A DNA stretch of 64,000 nucleotides from Ophelia neglecta (taxonomy: Eukaryota). The DNA is taken from NCBI GenBank assembly GCA_965285935.1, contig OZ260663.1:46128001-46192000 (forward strand), given 5' to 3'. The notes under the pieces are model-generated. The model saw nothing but the letters and a program-made list of their open reading frames with translations, searched no databases and was not told the origin of the DNA. The translations under genes and the position numbers were made by a program. Of the stretch, positions 39,101 through 51,435 are shown piece after piece; positions within the stretch are counted from its first letter, which is position 1, and each line of letters begins with the position of its first letter.

Positions 39101-40569
39101 CGACTGATCTTAATGGGATTTTCATATATTTTTCCCGTGTCAACAATGGATGTTTCTAAATGTCAAAATGGCTATCTATTAACACTGATTATTGGATAAA
39201 GTCACATAAAGTAACCTAACCGGCCGTCGTTAACGAAATACCAAACCTTAAGTTTAAAAACAGTTATGTCTTGGTTTAAATCACACCAACATACTTGTTA
39301 AAAGTAGCTGCTTCATATATTTCATAAGAATTGTCATTCGATGCATTGGGGAGGACTGCTTGTGTGCTGTTCAACTGGAGTCAAACTTGATGGTTGATGG
39401 CAGTAAAAAAGGTCATAGAAATTATGCATATCTACCTCTTGATACATTGTTGTATATTGTATGCTGTTTTAATTTTAGACGTAGTAGCAGGCATAAATAT
39501 GATATTTATTTATACAATATATTCAAGGGTATGTAATAATAAACATGTGTCCTTACTGTATTTTTCAAGAAAGTATAAGCTGTAATTACTCAACGTTAGC
39601 TTAAAATTGAAATTCAAAATGAGCTTGCAACAAATTAGCATTGGCTTGCCACTTAGCAATCCTTATAAATCCAACCAACAAATGCTTATTGTGTGAGTTG
39701 AAAGTTCTAGCCAATCGGGGTCGTCATAATTCCACTGCCCGTTTTCGTAAGGGCAATGAGAAAAGCGTATAGGGGCCTATATAATATATTAAATACAATA
39801 AATACGTGGAGGACATGTATGCTGTGTATTGAATAAACAGTTTCCTTGTCCTATGTGTTGGCCTATAATCCTTCATGTGAATTAAAACGTTATAGGTCTA
39901 TATATGGTGTTGTTCACCCTATTTTTAAAGGGATATGCCCTATTCGCGCCTCATCCCTCGCTTTTTGTACCATCGCTTCTTGATTGGGTCGGTTGTTTTC
40001 ACCAGCCTACATGGTTTAATATAGAATTGAGCTCTAATTTAGTCCGGGGTAAATTTTTCAAACATCACAGACAGACGACAGCGTACTCGTACTAATTCAG
40101 CTCAGACAAACAATATTCCACTGAAAAGATACTGTGTAGACATACGGTGCATATTTTCAACCACCGAGGAATCGACCGAACTGGCTACATGCTTAAGTAG
40201 GACATTCAGAAGGCTAGAGCGCCCTGCCATTAGCATGCAGTCCAGTATTGCGTTGTCTTATGGGCACTTACTCTAAGTCGCACTGTACCCCTCGGAACCA
40301 TTCAGGTTAGAATGCTTGGAAATATCTAACTAGGTTCCTTCATTCTTGCAATCGACCAGATACACCATCGGGAATACAAACGACTTCAACCAATGCTGTA
40401 GGGGATCATCTATTTTCTTAAGATCTCTTCTCGAGTCAAAGTTTCCTTCTTTTGCCACATTTCAATTTTTATTTATAGATTTTTTGTTTAGCCGGCGTGT
40501 ACACCTCTCCAAGAGATTGAGACGAGGTAATGGCTTTCCTGGACGAGTCGATTGATGGAGGGTGGCGTG

Positions 40570-40680
40570 GTCCACCCATGGGTGCTGGCCACGTTTTATA
40601 CCCCCCTCGAGAGCCAAAAGCACGCCAACAAAAATCCACCCCTCTCTCTGATCCCCGATATAACATTAACCATTGATTAA
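40570..40680 (-). promoter_or_regulatory. Candidate TATA-box promoter on the minus strand
   Basis: GGGGGGTATAAAACG on the minus strand (TATAAAA at 40594-40600) in a GC-rich context; consensus-like donor AGA|GTAAGT about 300 nt downstream (40272/40271). Confidence 0.4.
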
Positions 40681-43600
40681 AACCAAATCATCTTCTTTGC
40701 CTACTGTTCCAATGTAGGCTATACTTCGTTCACTTTCAAAATCCAGCATTTTCATTTACTGGAGACGGATCATTTCAGAGGACCGCCGAGAGATATTTCA
40801 GAAGATTACTTGCCGTTGTGCTCTTCTATTATCAGGCGTGGGATGCCTGGCAAGTAGAAATATTTACATAATTTTCTCGGTTTTGGATAAAGTGGCCACA
40901 CCTACGACCTTTAGCGACAATTCCAATGAATGGAAAGGCCCACGAGAATGATTTATGAACAGATAGTCTGAGATTATATATCTCAGCAAGAGGAGAATCT
41001 TCCACTTGACAAGAATTACTTCTTTTCTCCTGAAATGCTGCTATGCAAGTTGTATGTTGATTAATTTTTAGAACAAGATGACTCTCCATTGCTAGTAGTA
41101 TAAAGACGAGCGTACATTATATAACATCCTAAGAGTTCTTCATCAAGAGAATGTGTTTCCAGTTAGGGATAAAAGATGTTGCCAATATAAACATGTATGC
41201 TAGTGGTATTTCTGAAGAGAAACGCATCCTGTTTTTAATATGTTGTTTGCTATTGGCCTATATTCCGAGTAGACACAGGTGATGCTGTCCAGTCTGTATA
41301 ACTCTGGCAGCTGTGTTTAGCCGAGCGAGTGTAACCTCCTATGGGAACACATTCAACTCATGCAAAATTAATAAAGACTGAGTTTGATCCAAAACAGAAC
41401 TGCTTATATATTAGTGTCTGATTGTTTATAGGTTTTGTCAAAGCATTGTTGCCTTTCTGCTTGGGTTATGAAGCGTGTGAATAGCGCTGATTGCGAATCA
41501 TATCGGCCCTGGAGGAAATGACACTACATGAATCAGCACCGTCTTGGCCCATCGCCTCGGAATATGCTGCGCTATGAAGCATTGCTGGAGATTTATGTGT
41601 TCCGGCTGCCGCGGCCCTAACCCCCTGGGGTCGACGAGATTTACGGGAAAACAATACGGCCCAGACAGGAAGGACGCTTTGACGGATGGCCCAGTCTGAC
41701 GCATTGATTTCTGAAACGCTTCCAAAGGCTTAAAACATACTTAGCAGCTTTCTGTTTTGTATAGATGTATTGTAATCATATATGTGTTAAATCCAACCAT
41801 GTAATATCAATATATATATTATTATAAAGAACTAGAAGCGTACACGAATAAATAAATAGGAACTGTCAAAATATGTAGTCGAAACGCCAATGTCAATTTG
41901 TAGAGAACTCCTTTCTGGTTTATCGCCGGAAACAAAAAACAACAGTATCTGTCTGGCTTGCTGCAGATAGACATGGGAACTGTAGGTGGAAAAAAAACCC
42001 AAAAACATACGGTGGACATTTTATTTATACATAAAAATCCTGTCATTATTACAAATTTATATAAGAGGCGTATTTCGACAGAAAGAGCATGTGAACGCGA
42101 CTTACTGACCGAAATACAGGAACATGTCTTTTAGTAATTTTTTTTGGATTTTGCATTTATACTAAGATTAAGTTTAGATATATATGTATATAATCATATG
42201 CATATTTTATGTATCCTGATTTGTATCCTAGATCAAACTGATTCTTCCTCAACTTAAAATAAGCATAGTATGTTATAAAGGGTTATCAAAGGAAATGCTT
42301 GCCGAGGTTTTTGCCTTCTATCAAAAGCTTAAAATAACTCAGCAGATCCATTTTAATATCTCTACATTATTCTTTCGCATACCCGTCCTTGATTTATTGA
42401 CAGCTGGTTGTCCTAGATATTCACCATTTACCTCTTTGTTTACCAAATGAAAAATGCTGCCACTGGGGCAGGTTTATCAGTACTCTATTAATATATTTAT
42501 GTGAAAAATTCATACACGGATGCCTATTAACATAGCGATATTCACACTTATCGTCCCATGGAGTGGGCTTGTAGAGGACTTTTTTCTTTAATATCATCTA
42601 AAAGTGGATTGTCCATCGAAACATTCGATATCAAGGGGTGTTGGATATACGATTTTCCATAAAAAGACCCAATTTAACTCTACACCGTTAGCCTAAAGAG
42701 GTCGTGCAAGACTTGTGTATTATTGTTTTTAATTTCTTCTGCCACACCAATGCAAATGTCTGTTTTAAATCCCCTTATATTATTATAATGAATGAAATAA
42801 TAACTACGTAATCACACAGGCCTAAGCCTAACTGTAGTGCCGTGCCAGGTGGCAGTTTCGTTTATTTTTCTGCGCACAGATAATTAGTCCTCAATTATGC
42901 AAATTTTCAAGGTCACCTGGCTACTACGTGTGCCTAGTATATATAAATTTTACAATTTTCATTTTCGGATAAGTGGAGATGCACAAAGTTAATTCAGTTG
43001 GGGTTAAGTAAATCAGCTGTCACAAATTTTCAAACGTATGTATCGCGGTTATGTCTATTTAGTAAAATTATTAAACGCATTTAAGCCTGATCTGGAAGGC
43101 AGTCCCTACCTATTTGATGAATTATTTTAACAGACTACATTTCTAGATTCAAAAAAAATCGCCAATCTCCCCCTTTCAGTGGCAAGGAAAAATGCCTTAC
43201 TTTTGTCTTTTACAAAATCGGCTTAACATAGGAATAATAAGTATGGTACATACGTTTATTGACCAAACAATTACCCCGGTACATGTCTTATTACCAATGG
43301 TATGTTTAGTGGATGAATACACTCACAAATATACATATGCAACATACAAGACAGAGACAGGCGCACAGACATATTGGACGGGAAATCAATTATTGCCAGC
43401 CATGTCTGACTAGGCCTACATGTCACTTTTTTTCAAGAAATATGAGAATAGTTACAATATCATTTGATCAGATTCTTGATATAGTTTTAAGGTTCTGTAC
43501 GTATCCGTTAACAAAAACTTTCAATGGTTCACTTAATATTTGATCAATGCTTGTGGTTCTGCAATAGTTTTAGAAAAAGGGAAGCACCAGCTCTTGTTTT

Positions 43601-46600
43601 ATGCGAGCCGTGTCTGTTATTTATTTGTCTTCCATGGTTGGTTATTTTGTTGAGAGTTAACTGCTTCTGTCATTTCATTTAGATCAATTAATATATTATT
43701 AGTATTGGTCATACAGCAGCCCTAGAAGAGGTAATGAGTTATTAATAGTAATTAATACGCTCTTAACCGTCAGAGCTTTTTCTGGCTTGAAAAGTATTGT
43801 AATGATATTTTCAAATGTGCATGTTAATATGTTCATCATTCTGCAGTCTCCTTTATCAGAATTGAATATCAGAGTTATTTATAAACACATTACCAACAAT
43901 TTAGAAACTGTAGAATACTCTATACACCAACAACGCTATTGTAAAACTTTTAGTTTGTTGAGCCCCGGATATGCTTCGACTTTATCAGTTGAATGAACCC
44001 CTGGTATAGTTACAAGTTTTTTTATAGGCGATTTGCTACGAACCTTTCCCTTTTTTGAATATCTCCCGAAGCCATACGTTTTAAATAAATCATGTAAGGA
44101 CTTAACGCAGTATTTCTTTATCGTTCTAACAAAACGAAAGCACTTGATACCTATGAGTACAAATAAAGAATAGTGTGAAAAAAAAATGTAAATGCATCAT
44201 AGCAGTATATTAAACATCATTAATGAAAAATTACAGGCATATAATTATGAAATATAAAATGATAGATCATAACTATCATATATGTTTTATATAAACTACA
44301 TGCAATAGGTTGAAAAGGAAAAACAACAAATAAATCTACCTTTAATAAAAGGATTTAATTCATTTTTTGATAACAAGCTTTTTATAAATTATTTAAGCTC
44401 GGCAGTTAGACACATCCAAACCATTCATAGGTGAGTTAGAAAAACACATATGATCCTAGATAGCATGTGCGTACAGATCATAATAGCAAAATATGGAAGA
44501 AAATATGGAAGAAAAGGTCATTTATATAGTAAGCAGTTACAAAATGTATTATGTTGGGGCGACAACTTTACCTTTGAATCAATGACAATACCTAGGAATC
44601 AGGTTCAGTATTCTCTTTAAACACTCACTGTTCATGAATAATTAATTTCCTTTGTCTTTATCCGCTTACGAAAAAAAAAACCGCACTTGCGTTTTCCTCG
44701 AGGAGGGCAGCGAATAAAATCGATGATATATTTATATTATTTTCATTTAGATGAAAGAGCAATATTGAGCCCACAAAGAATCTCTCATGTCGTATATTAG
44801 ACTTATCTAAGCATGGTGATTTGTTCCCATAATAAATCTGTAATCTTAAGGGACCTTGACACAGGGGAACAATCAATGCAGTCTCCCTATATCAGTGCGG
44901 TATTTGTATAACATAGTTCACGACTCCCATGATCAAAACCAGGCAATTCAAAATTCAGGTTGTTCTCCAAAAAGTAACAGAGAAGTGGAAACACCGGCTC
45001 CGGTCCATATTTATTTACGTACCCAGTGTCACATTTTTCATGCATAGGAATACAGGTTATGACCTAAGAGTTAATAAAATTACATTAACAGCAAGTACAA
45101 CATGAATATCTCAGAATGCACAAAACCAGACCATTTTAAAATCAAACGTTTCTAAATGAAAATGACCGAATAAAAAAGAAACATTGTTCGGTGCTTCAAG
45201 GAAAATACGGCGTTTGTATTCTAAGATAGTTTCCTTCCTACTTTAATGACGGATCTGCTACAAGACATTGGAGTTCCCAAGCACTTCAGGATAGATTTAA
45301 GCTAAGTTAAGCTAAGGCCAGTTTATGTAAATAAATATGTATTGCCTTAACTTTAAACTCATGCGGGAAAATCGCCTGATTAACAGATTGAAAACCTATT
45401 TACAGGGATGGCCCAATTTTAATTATCACCTCAAAATATATTTACCTCTGTCAGAGATCATATAGTGCTACCTATCTCCTAACACCCAATTTAATTCAAG
45501 ACCAAACGATACGAACTGTGGAGTTTGGAATAGTCCAATAGATATTTTGTGAACAAATAAGCTCACTTTAGTAAGTGTTACCCCAATTTAACCATCATTA
45601 AATCATTAGCAACATTTTTTTTCTGGAAGAGGTGTACCTTTATTAACCATTTTCTTCGTAAATCCGGTTTACAGTTCAAATATTGTGCATGCATGTCAAA
45701 ATGAAATACATGGAATTTATGTATTTTAGCATTTTTTTGGATTTGTTAAGAAATTATTATATCATTAAATATAGAGTTAAACAATCATTCTTAAATACAA
45801 GTACAAAGAAGGGTATAGTCAATTTAATACTGGTTCAGAATTAAGATTCTGGTTTGATTCCAGGCACGAAAAAAATTCACTCAAAATAAAATAATCACTT
45901 TAATTTATCATTTAAAACAATGCTCATGACAATGGCAACCAAGTCTAACAAGATAATAAGCATCAGTTCTGGTATTCATTTGGTTATGAATATTTGCACA
46001 AATAATCAATGATACTTCAATAAATAATGACCAAGTAAACAATACCAATCTTCCATACAAAGTATTGCTACAAAAGGTTCCAAAAAAAGTAGCCGACGTG
46101 TTCGCTCTATTCTTTCATATATTGTGAATTCCAAATGAAGCACTTGATCCTTCTTCATGGCAAACTGAGTGAAGCTGGGAAAAGAAATGAAGTTCGGGTT
46201 GGAAGCCCCTCTTCTCTCGAGGAGAGAAGCCCGATAGCAGGCCTGGTGGAAAAAGAATGGATACTTGACGAACACACCAAAATCGGCAATCAAATTCTAA
46301 TCTATTGCATTGGTCCAAATTCACCACGAGCTGTCAACTGCAGACTCAGAAATATCTATACCCAGGTTCATAATTGAATATTCTCTTGTAGTAAAACATA
46401 TAAAAAAAATGCATTTGAGATTAAAACGCAAGTGGTTAAAACGCAAGTGGGCCAGTAGAATAAATATGCATTATGAATTCGTGACTAAAAGGAAATGTAT
46501 TTACTCCATTCTACACATCAACTTCAACAATTAACAATGTCTGAAACTTGTTGAAATATGAAACAAACAACTGTTCTTAATAGTCATTTAGTAGCCAAAG

Positions 46601-47264
46601 CCTATCTGTAACTCAATATTATAAGGAATCCAAAATGTGCGAAGGGTGACACCAACAGCCAGACTTTAGTACATTTTTACAATAAGTGTAGTGATTTGTA
46701 TGATTCTTTTGTTTTGATGTGGGGCATATATAGCTATCGTTGGCTTTGGCAGATTTTACACTTTGCTCAAATATTCAGAGACAAATAAAAATTAATAATA
46801 TCTGCAAGTTTGTGTTGACCTTCAATTTTCTTTTCGGTTTTTAATTGACAAGAGTGTTCCTAACCAGATCAAATACATTCTGAAATTGATACCTTAGATA
46901 GTATGGTATAATATAATGCTGAACCCAAGGTGTAAGCTTACAACAAGCATTAATTATTTACCACTTTGGAAAAATTTGTTGTTTATTCATAATGATGCAG
47001 TAATCTCCGCCCAGGATATTGTGGCATATTGGATTATGCATCATATGAAAGCACACATTTCTGTTTCAAATTCTATAACTATTATACTTGTATATTTAAA
47101 TTAATGCAAATTACCCAAACTAGCGAGAATTCTCGAACATCGTGAAAGTGGTGATAGTTGCAGACCTAGGTTGTTACCAAGATGAAGGGTGTCTAATGTA
47201 CGGGCTACCTTCAGCAGTCTGAAATCTCTGCTCTACCACTGTCGGACTCTCATCGTTTTGTGGT

Positions 47265-47293
47265 GGGGGTGGGAGGGGGTGGGCCGGGGTGGG
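47265..47293 (+). other. G-quadruplex-forming motif (six G3-5 tracts)
   Basis: GGGGGtGGGaGGGGGtGGGccGGGGtGGG read directly. Similar G-tract clusters at about 4440-4472, 27867-27894 and 54531-54572. Confidence 0.7.
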
Positions 47294-47649
47294 TGGAGGC
47301 TTTGCAGGGTCGTGGGTCTTTAGTATTCCTAGCGACCTACTTTTACGGAGAGCCACTGCCCGCTGTCCATGCTGTCATAGGCTTGTTTGATCTGTATGAA
47401 TTGGCATAGCTTAATTGCCGTATATAAGAACTAGGTAATATGAAATTTGTATATAGCGTACATTTTTTGTAATCATTATATGTTGAAGATATATTAAAGA
47501 ATATGTGTGAATGATGACACGGTGTTTCAATCTTAGTTATTTACAAAAGCTCATTCAAATGAAGCTATATTAAACGCCCACAGTGAAATGCACGTTAAAA
47601 GGAGCTCCATTTGTTTTTTACGATAATGTCTTGTGAAAAGAAACTATTT

Positions 47650-48600
47650 CTTTCATAAGGTGTTTCATTATTTGCCTGTCTTTGCCTGAGGAATGGACAA
47701 CCTATGGGTACTTTAGACAGGTGACACATTGGAATAAAATGTACAATGCTGTCACTTATTCCAATGGTCACTAAAGAGGGCCGTTAGCGGTTGGACTAAA
47801 TCAACGTGCTGGATAATATGTTCTGAAAAAAAGATTGATTAAGTTTATGCGATTGTCATTGGTAACTATAAACAGCACTTACAAATAATTACACCAGGAA
47901 AATTATTACATTTATATATCAAATGGCACCACCAATTAGAAATACATAGTTGTATGACGACACCCAAGAAGGATTATAAATTATAAAACACTGGCAAAAT
48001 AAAAACAGCCTGTAGTTATCCTAAATTTAATTGTCTCCCTTCTTATTCAAAAATATAACCCTTAATTGTTTAAAATTAGAAGGTACCAGCGAATTATAAA
48101 TCGAAAAATTAAGCAATTGCATTGCAGGTTTAACAATCGACTCGGCACCGTCCTTCAGATATTTGGCAGGAATGCCATCAGGGCCAAAATAATTTTATAA
48201 TCTTAAGTATATAAGCGACAATAATTCTTAAAGAATTTAACCTTCATTGACATTTGGTACTTAAAACGATCAGACAAGAGATGTTTCTATAATACCTCAG
48301 CAAAACTGAAAAGCAATAATCAGAACAGGCAGATAGCTACTAAGTTGCTCTGCAATACCGCAAAAGAATGAATTAATTTGAAACCAATTTTATCAAAAAC
48401 AATATCTTCTTTGTATTTTCTGACCTGAGACCTATAGCGGTATATAACCAGAACGATTACTTTCATTACTATATGACAGGCACATTGATAGACCTCCACA
48501 GATATTTACAATCATTCTTATTTCCTTCAATCTGGTTTTTAAACACATCGATTTTGCTTTTTTCACCATACGTTGGGCCATATTACACATCATAATATTT
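47650..48600 (-). mobile_element. Highly degenerate CR1/L2-group LINE ORF2 fragment (tether and N-terminal RT region)
   Basis: Minus-strand motifs NSFFCGIAEQL (about 48375-48343), GPDGIPAKYLK (48185-48153) and VPSNFKQLRVIFLNKKGD...NYRL.ILP (about 48085-47990). These match the LINE consensus FN.FF / GPDGI / P..WK.A.V.PI.KKG...NYRPIS.LP. Confidence 0.7.
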
Positions 48601-48811
48601 ATAGCAGGAACGATAGTCAGAAAAAATACATTCTACGGAATATATTGTAGGTTCCTGATGATTTCATACGGTTTAAATGGACAATTAAATGGACAATTTT
48701 TGACATATGCTTTGGCGTTGTCTGCCGGGGATTCATTCCCATGTTTGTTTTGGCATTTAAACTAGCCCAGCAATTCAGCCTATAACTAACATGGCAGACT
48801 GGGTCAATTGG

Positions 48812-48855
48812 ATTTGTTGACCTTCATTGTGGAAACACAATGAAGGTCAACAAAT
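48812..48855. repeat. Perfect 20-bp inverted repeat with a GAAA spacer
   Basis: atttgttgaccttcattgtg-GAAA-cacaatgaaggtcaacaaat; the arms are exact reverse complements. Confidence 0.95.
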
Positions 48856-50936
48856 GCTATTGGCAACATGTAATTGAAATACGGTGTGAAGTTATGTCTC
48901 ATTCCTGTACATACATTTCTACCGTATGACAGCTATAAGAATGTCGGTTTCATCGAAAAGTTTGGACAGAACTGATTAAATTAGCGGCAAACGACAGGAA
49001 ATATTTCCTTTCTGGGTCATTGGTTCTGGCGACAGCGTTTTATGATGAATGAGTGAAATGATATGAACTCCATTGACAACATAACGTGGTCCACTCGGAG
49101 CACATCATCAGTCATCACATGTCTTTGGCTTGCTTTCTGATGGGCCTACTCTAGGCCATGTGATAAACCACGAATATGATTACCAGAACCCCGGGACCGA
49201 GAAGCGAGAAACGGCAATATATCCCGGGTTGTGCCCTGTTTGTTTGCTCGTAACATAATGCCATTTTGATAGATACACGTTAGTACAAATTGGCCGGAAT
49301 ATGTATTCAGTACACAAGAATTTTGGTAAGGGTAAGCGGCTCAAATTTTTAATATTTCAAATTTTGGTAGTATGGGGTTTAGATTTTTCTTTTAAATAAG
49401 TTAATAACAACAAGGTTCTATATTTACTGACATAACTTTCACAGTTAAAACGAAAACGGCTCACAATATTCCCTGTGACATCATAGCCTTTTTGGGGCAT
49501 GAATACTGGTCGGAGACTAATACGTGTTACAGTTTTGATGTCGCTAAGGAAGATGGAGTACACTGTCATGTGAATCATTCCAGACTTTTTGTCAATTTTT
49601 CTCCTCAGCTTTTGTCAGTGGGCTCATCATTATTTAGTCATTATATCGACTATGCATTCGGGCTCTCACAATAAATAAAAAATATACAACATACAAAATT
49701 AAGATCTATAGATAACAAAGAAGCAAACAGACAATATGCTGATTATATAAACAAATTACGTAAAAGAATATTATTAAATACAGATCAAAATAAATATAAG
49801 TATGTTTGAGCCTAACATATTGTGATATATTAAAGCAGCTTATAGAAAAGGTTATCTTCGTTTCTTAACACTTGAATCATTTAGTTGTTTTGATGGCAAG
49901 GATATTCATCGTGTTTAATATTCTATGCCCTCTACTGATGGTGTGGAGCTTTATCAAACTTTCTGTACATTATCTCCGAGGGCAAATTGTGTTATTTGGA
50001 AAGTTTTAAAGGTTTTCTGTCAATCTGTCGGATATTCATTTCCGCTTAATACAAATTATATTTGAACCAGTTCCCACTCATTATATCAGAAATAACTGCC
50101 GACACGAAGATTACAAGACCTATGTAATTGAATAAAGAAAATGATTCACTTATAATCCAAAACAGCATATTTTATATTTAATCAAACCTGAAGGCTACAA
50201 CTCGTAAAGCCCTCTAACCAAGTCTGCTGTTTTTGAAAACCATAAAAACGTATTATTCTTATTACCACGGGTATCTCATTAATTAATGAAGTGCTATAAA
50301 ATATATGACCTGGCGTCAATGGTTTATGGGTTCAGATACACACAGCTGCACAGCTGCTCTTGTACAAAACAACAGTACAACAGTACTTTATTAAACATGC
50401 CTAAGGAATAATGCATTATGGGTCTCTCTAAACTTGAATTGTATAAATTTTACCTTTATTTATTGTCTCTTAAATCAACATTTGGTAATTAGATAATATA
50501 TCAAACAGTAGGTTGCTAAGATTACCTATCTGACCACTAAACATGCAAACAAATACCCGTTCGTGCCCTTGTTCCCGTTAAATCATCAACTAGCTTTGTG
50601 TAATTGTTATTAACGAATATAAAAAGAACCCCCCCCCCCCTCGCTCCGCGATGTCCAACAGTTACCGGTATAACGTTACCCGAAACGGTATAGTTTTCTA
50701 ATGCTGAGCAACCGGACTGGCCTTTAAGCCTATATGTATAAGTATAGTTTCGTTTCTTTTAATATGTTATGGATGCAGATGTACAGCAAAAGACAAATTC
50801 TGGTTGATGTTGTCAGTTTACTATTTGTTTACGACAATGGCCAATGTTAAGCCGGTGCACGTGAATTTTGGAATTGGCCTATTATACTTCGATATCTGAA
50901 GGATAACTTCTTGTGCATGTAAAACATATAAATTAC

Positions 50937-51330
50937 CATGTTGACAAAGGGAAATGTGAGCAGCTGGTTAAACGACGCCAGGCGTGTAGCCTCTCTGCCG
51001 GAGAGCTTAGGGTTTCACCACCACCATTAATGACAGCAATGATGGATTGGAGTGGGCGAGTCCCGTGTTGCCAAACGGCGACTGTGTCTGTCTCACGCAC
51101 GTACAACGCACACACGTTGATGACGCCACCTCGCCAGTTGTATGGGATGATGAAGCCAGTAAGGTGTACAGCTATGTAGAAAGTGTTCTCATCCTGCATA
51201 TTGTCGGCCCTCAGCTCTCGCGTGCCTGTTTTATTCCCGGGTAGATAGATCGTCGATCTACTGCCGACAGACGACAAATGCTCAGGTGCCCAGCAGTCGT
51301 GGACGCCGACTGCCATTTTAAGTCCATAAT
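50937..51330 (-). other. Candidate first exon of a minus-strand gene
   Basis: CpG-containing segment starting at a YY1/Kozak-like AAAATGGC (51319-51312) and ending at caacATG|GTAATT (donor 50937/50936). One frame stays open for 127 codons up to the donor; I recognise no homology. Confidence 0.35.
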
Positions 51331-51435
51331 CTTTTCCCGAGGAACAAACGACTTAGCGGATGCCAACGTATCACAGTAACTTCCGGTGTCGAGTGAAACT
51401 ACCGGTCGGGACACGGTTTAGTTTGTAGTCAGTTG
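51300..51435. promoter_or_regulatory. Housekeeping-type TATA-less promoter, possibly bidirectional
   Basis: YY1-like GCCATTTT at 51312-51319, ETS ACTTCCGGT at 51379-51387, and GACTACAAA on the minus strand (51422-51430, resembling the ZNF143/THAP11-associated ACTACA motif). Local CpG richness; plus-strand donor ATG|GTAAGT at 51590/51591. Confidence 0.5.

Noticed and set aside
41615-41623. CCCTAACCC (and minus-strand AACCCTAA at about 51007-51014) as a telomerase RNA template
   Set aside because: No recognisable pseudoknot, CR4/5 or H/ACA domain follows; 8-9 nt matches are expected by chance.
46006-46377. Overlapping ORFs, one with REKRGF resembling a neuropeptide cleavage site
   Set aside because: No signal peptide, repeated peptide or amidation pattern, and only a weak splice acceptor.
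49603-49632. Minus-strand ATGATGA...CTGA as a box C/D snoRNA
   Set aside because: The boxes are only about 30 nt apart, with no terminal stem or recognisable rRNA guide.
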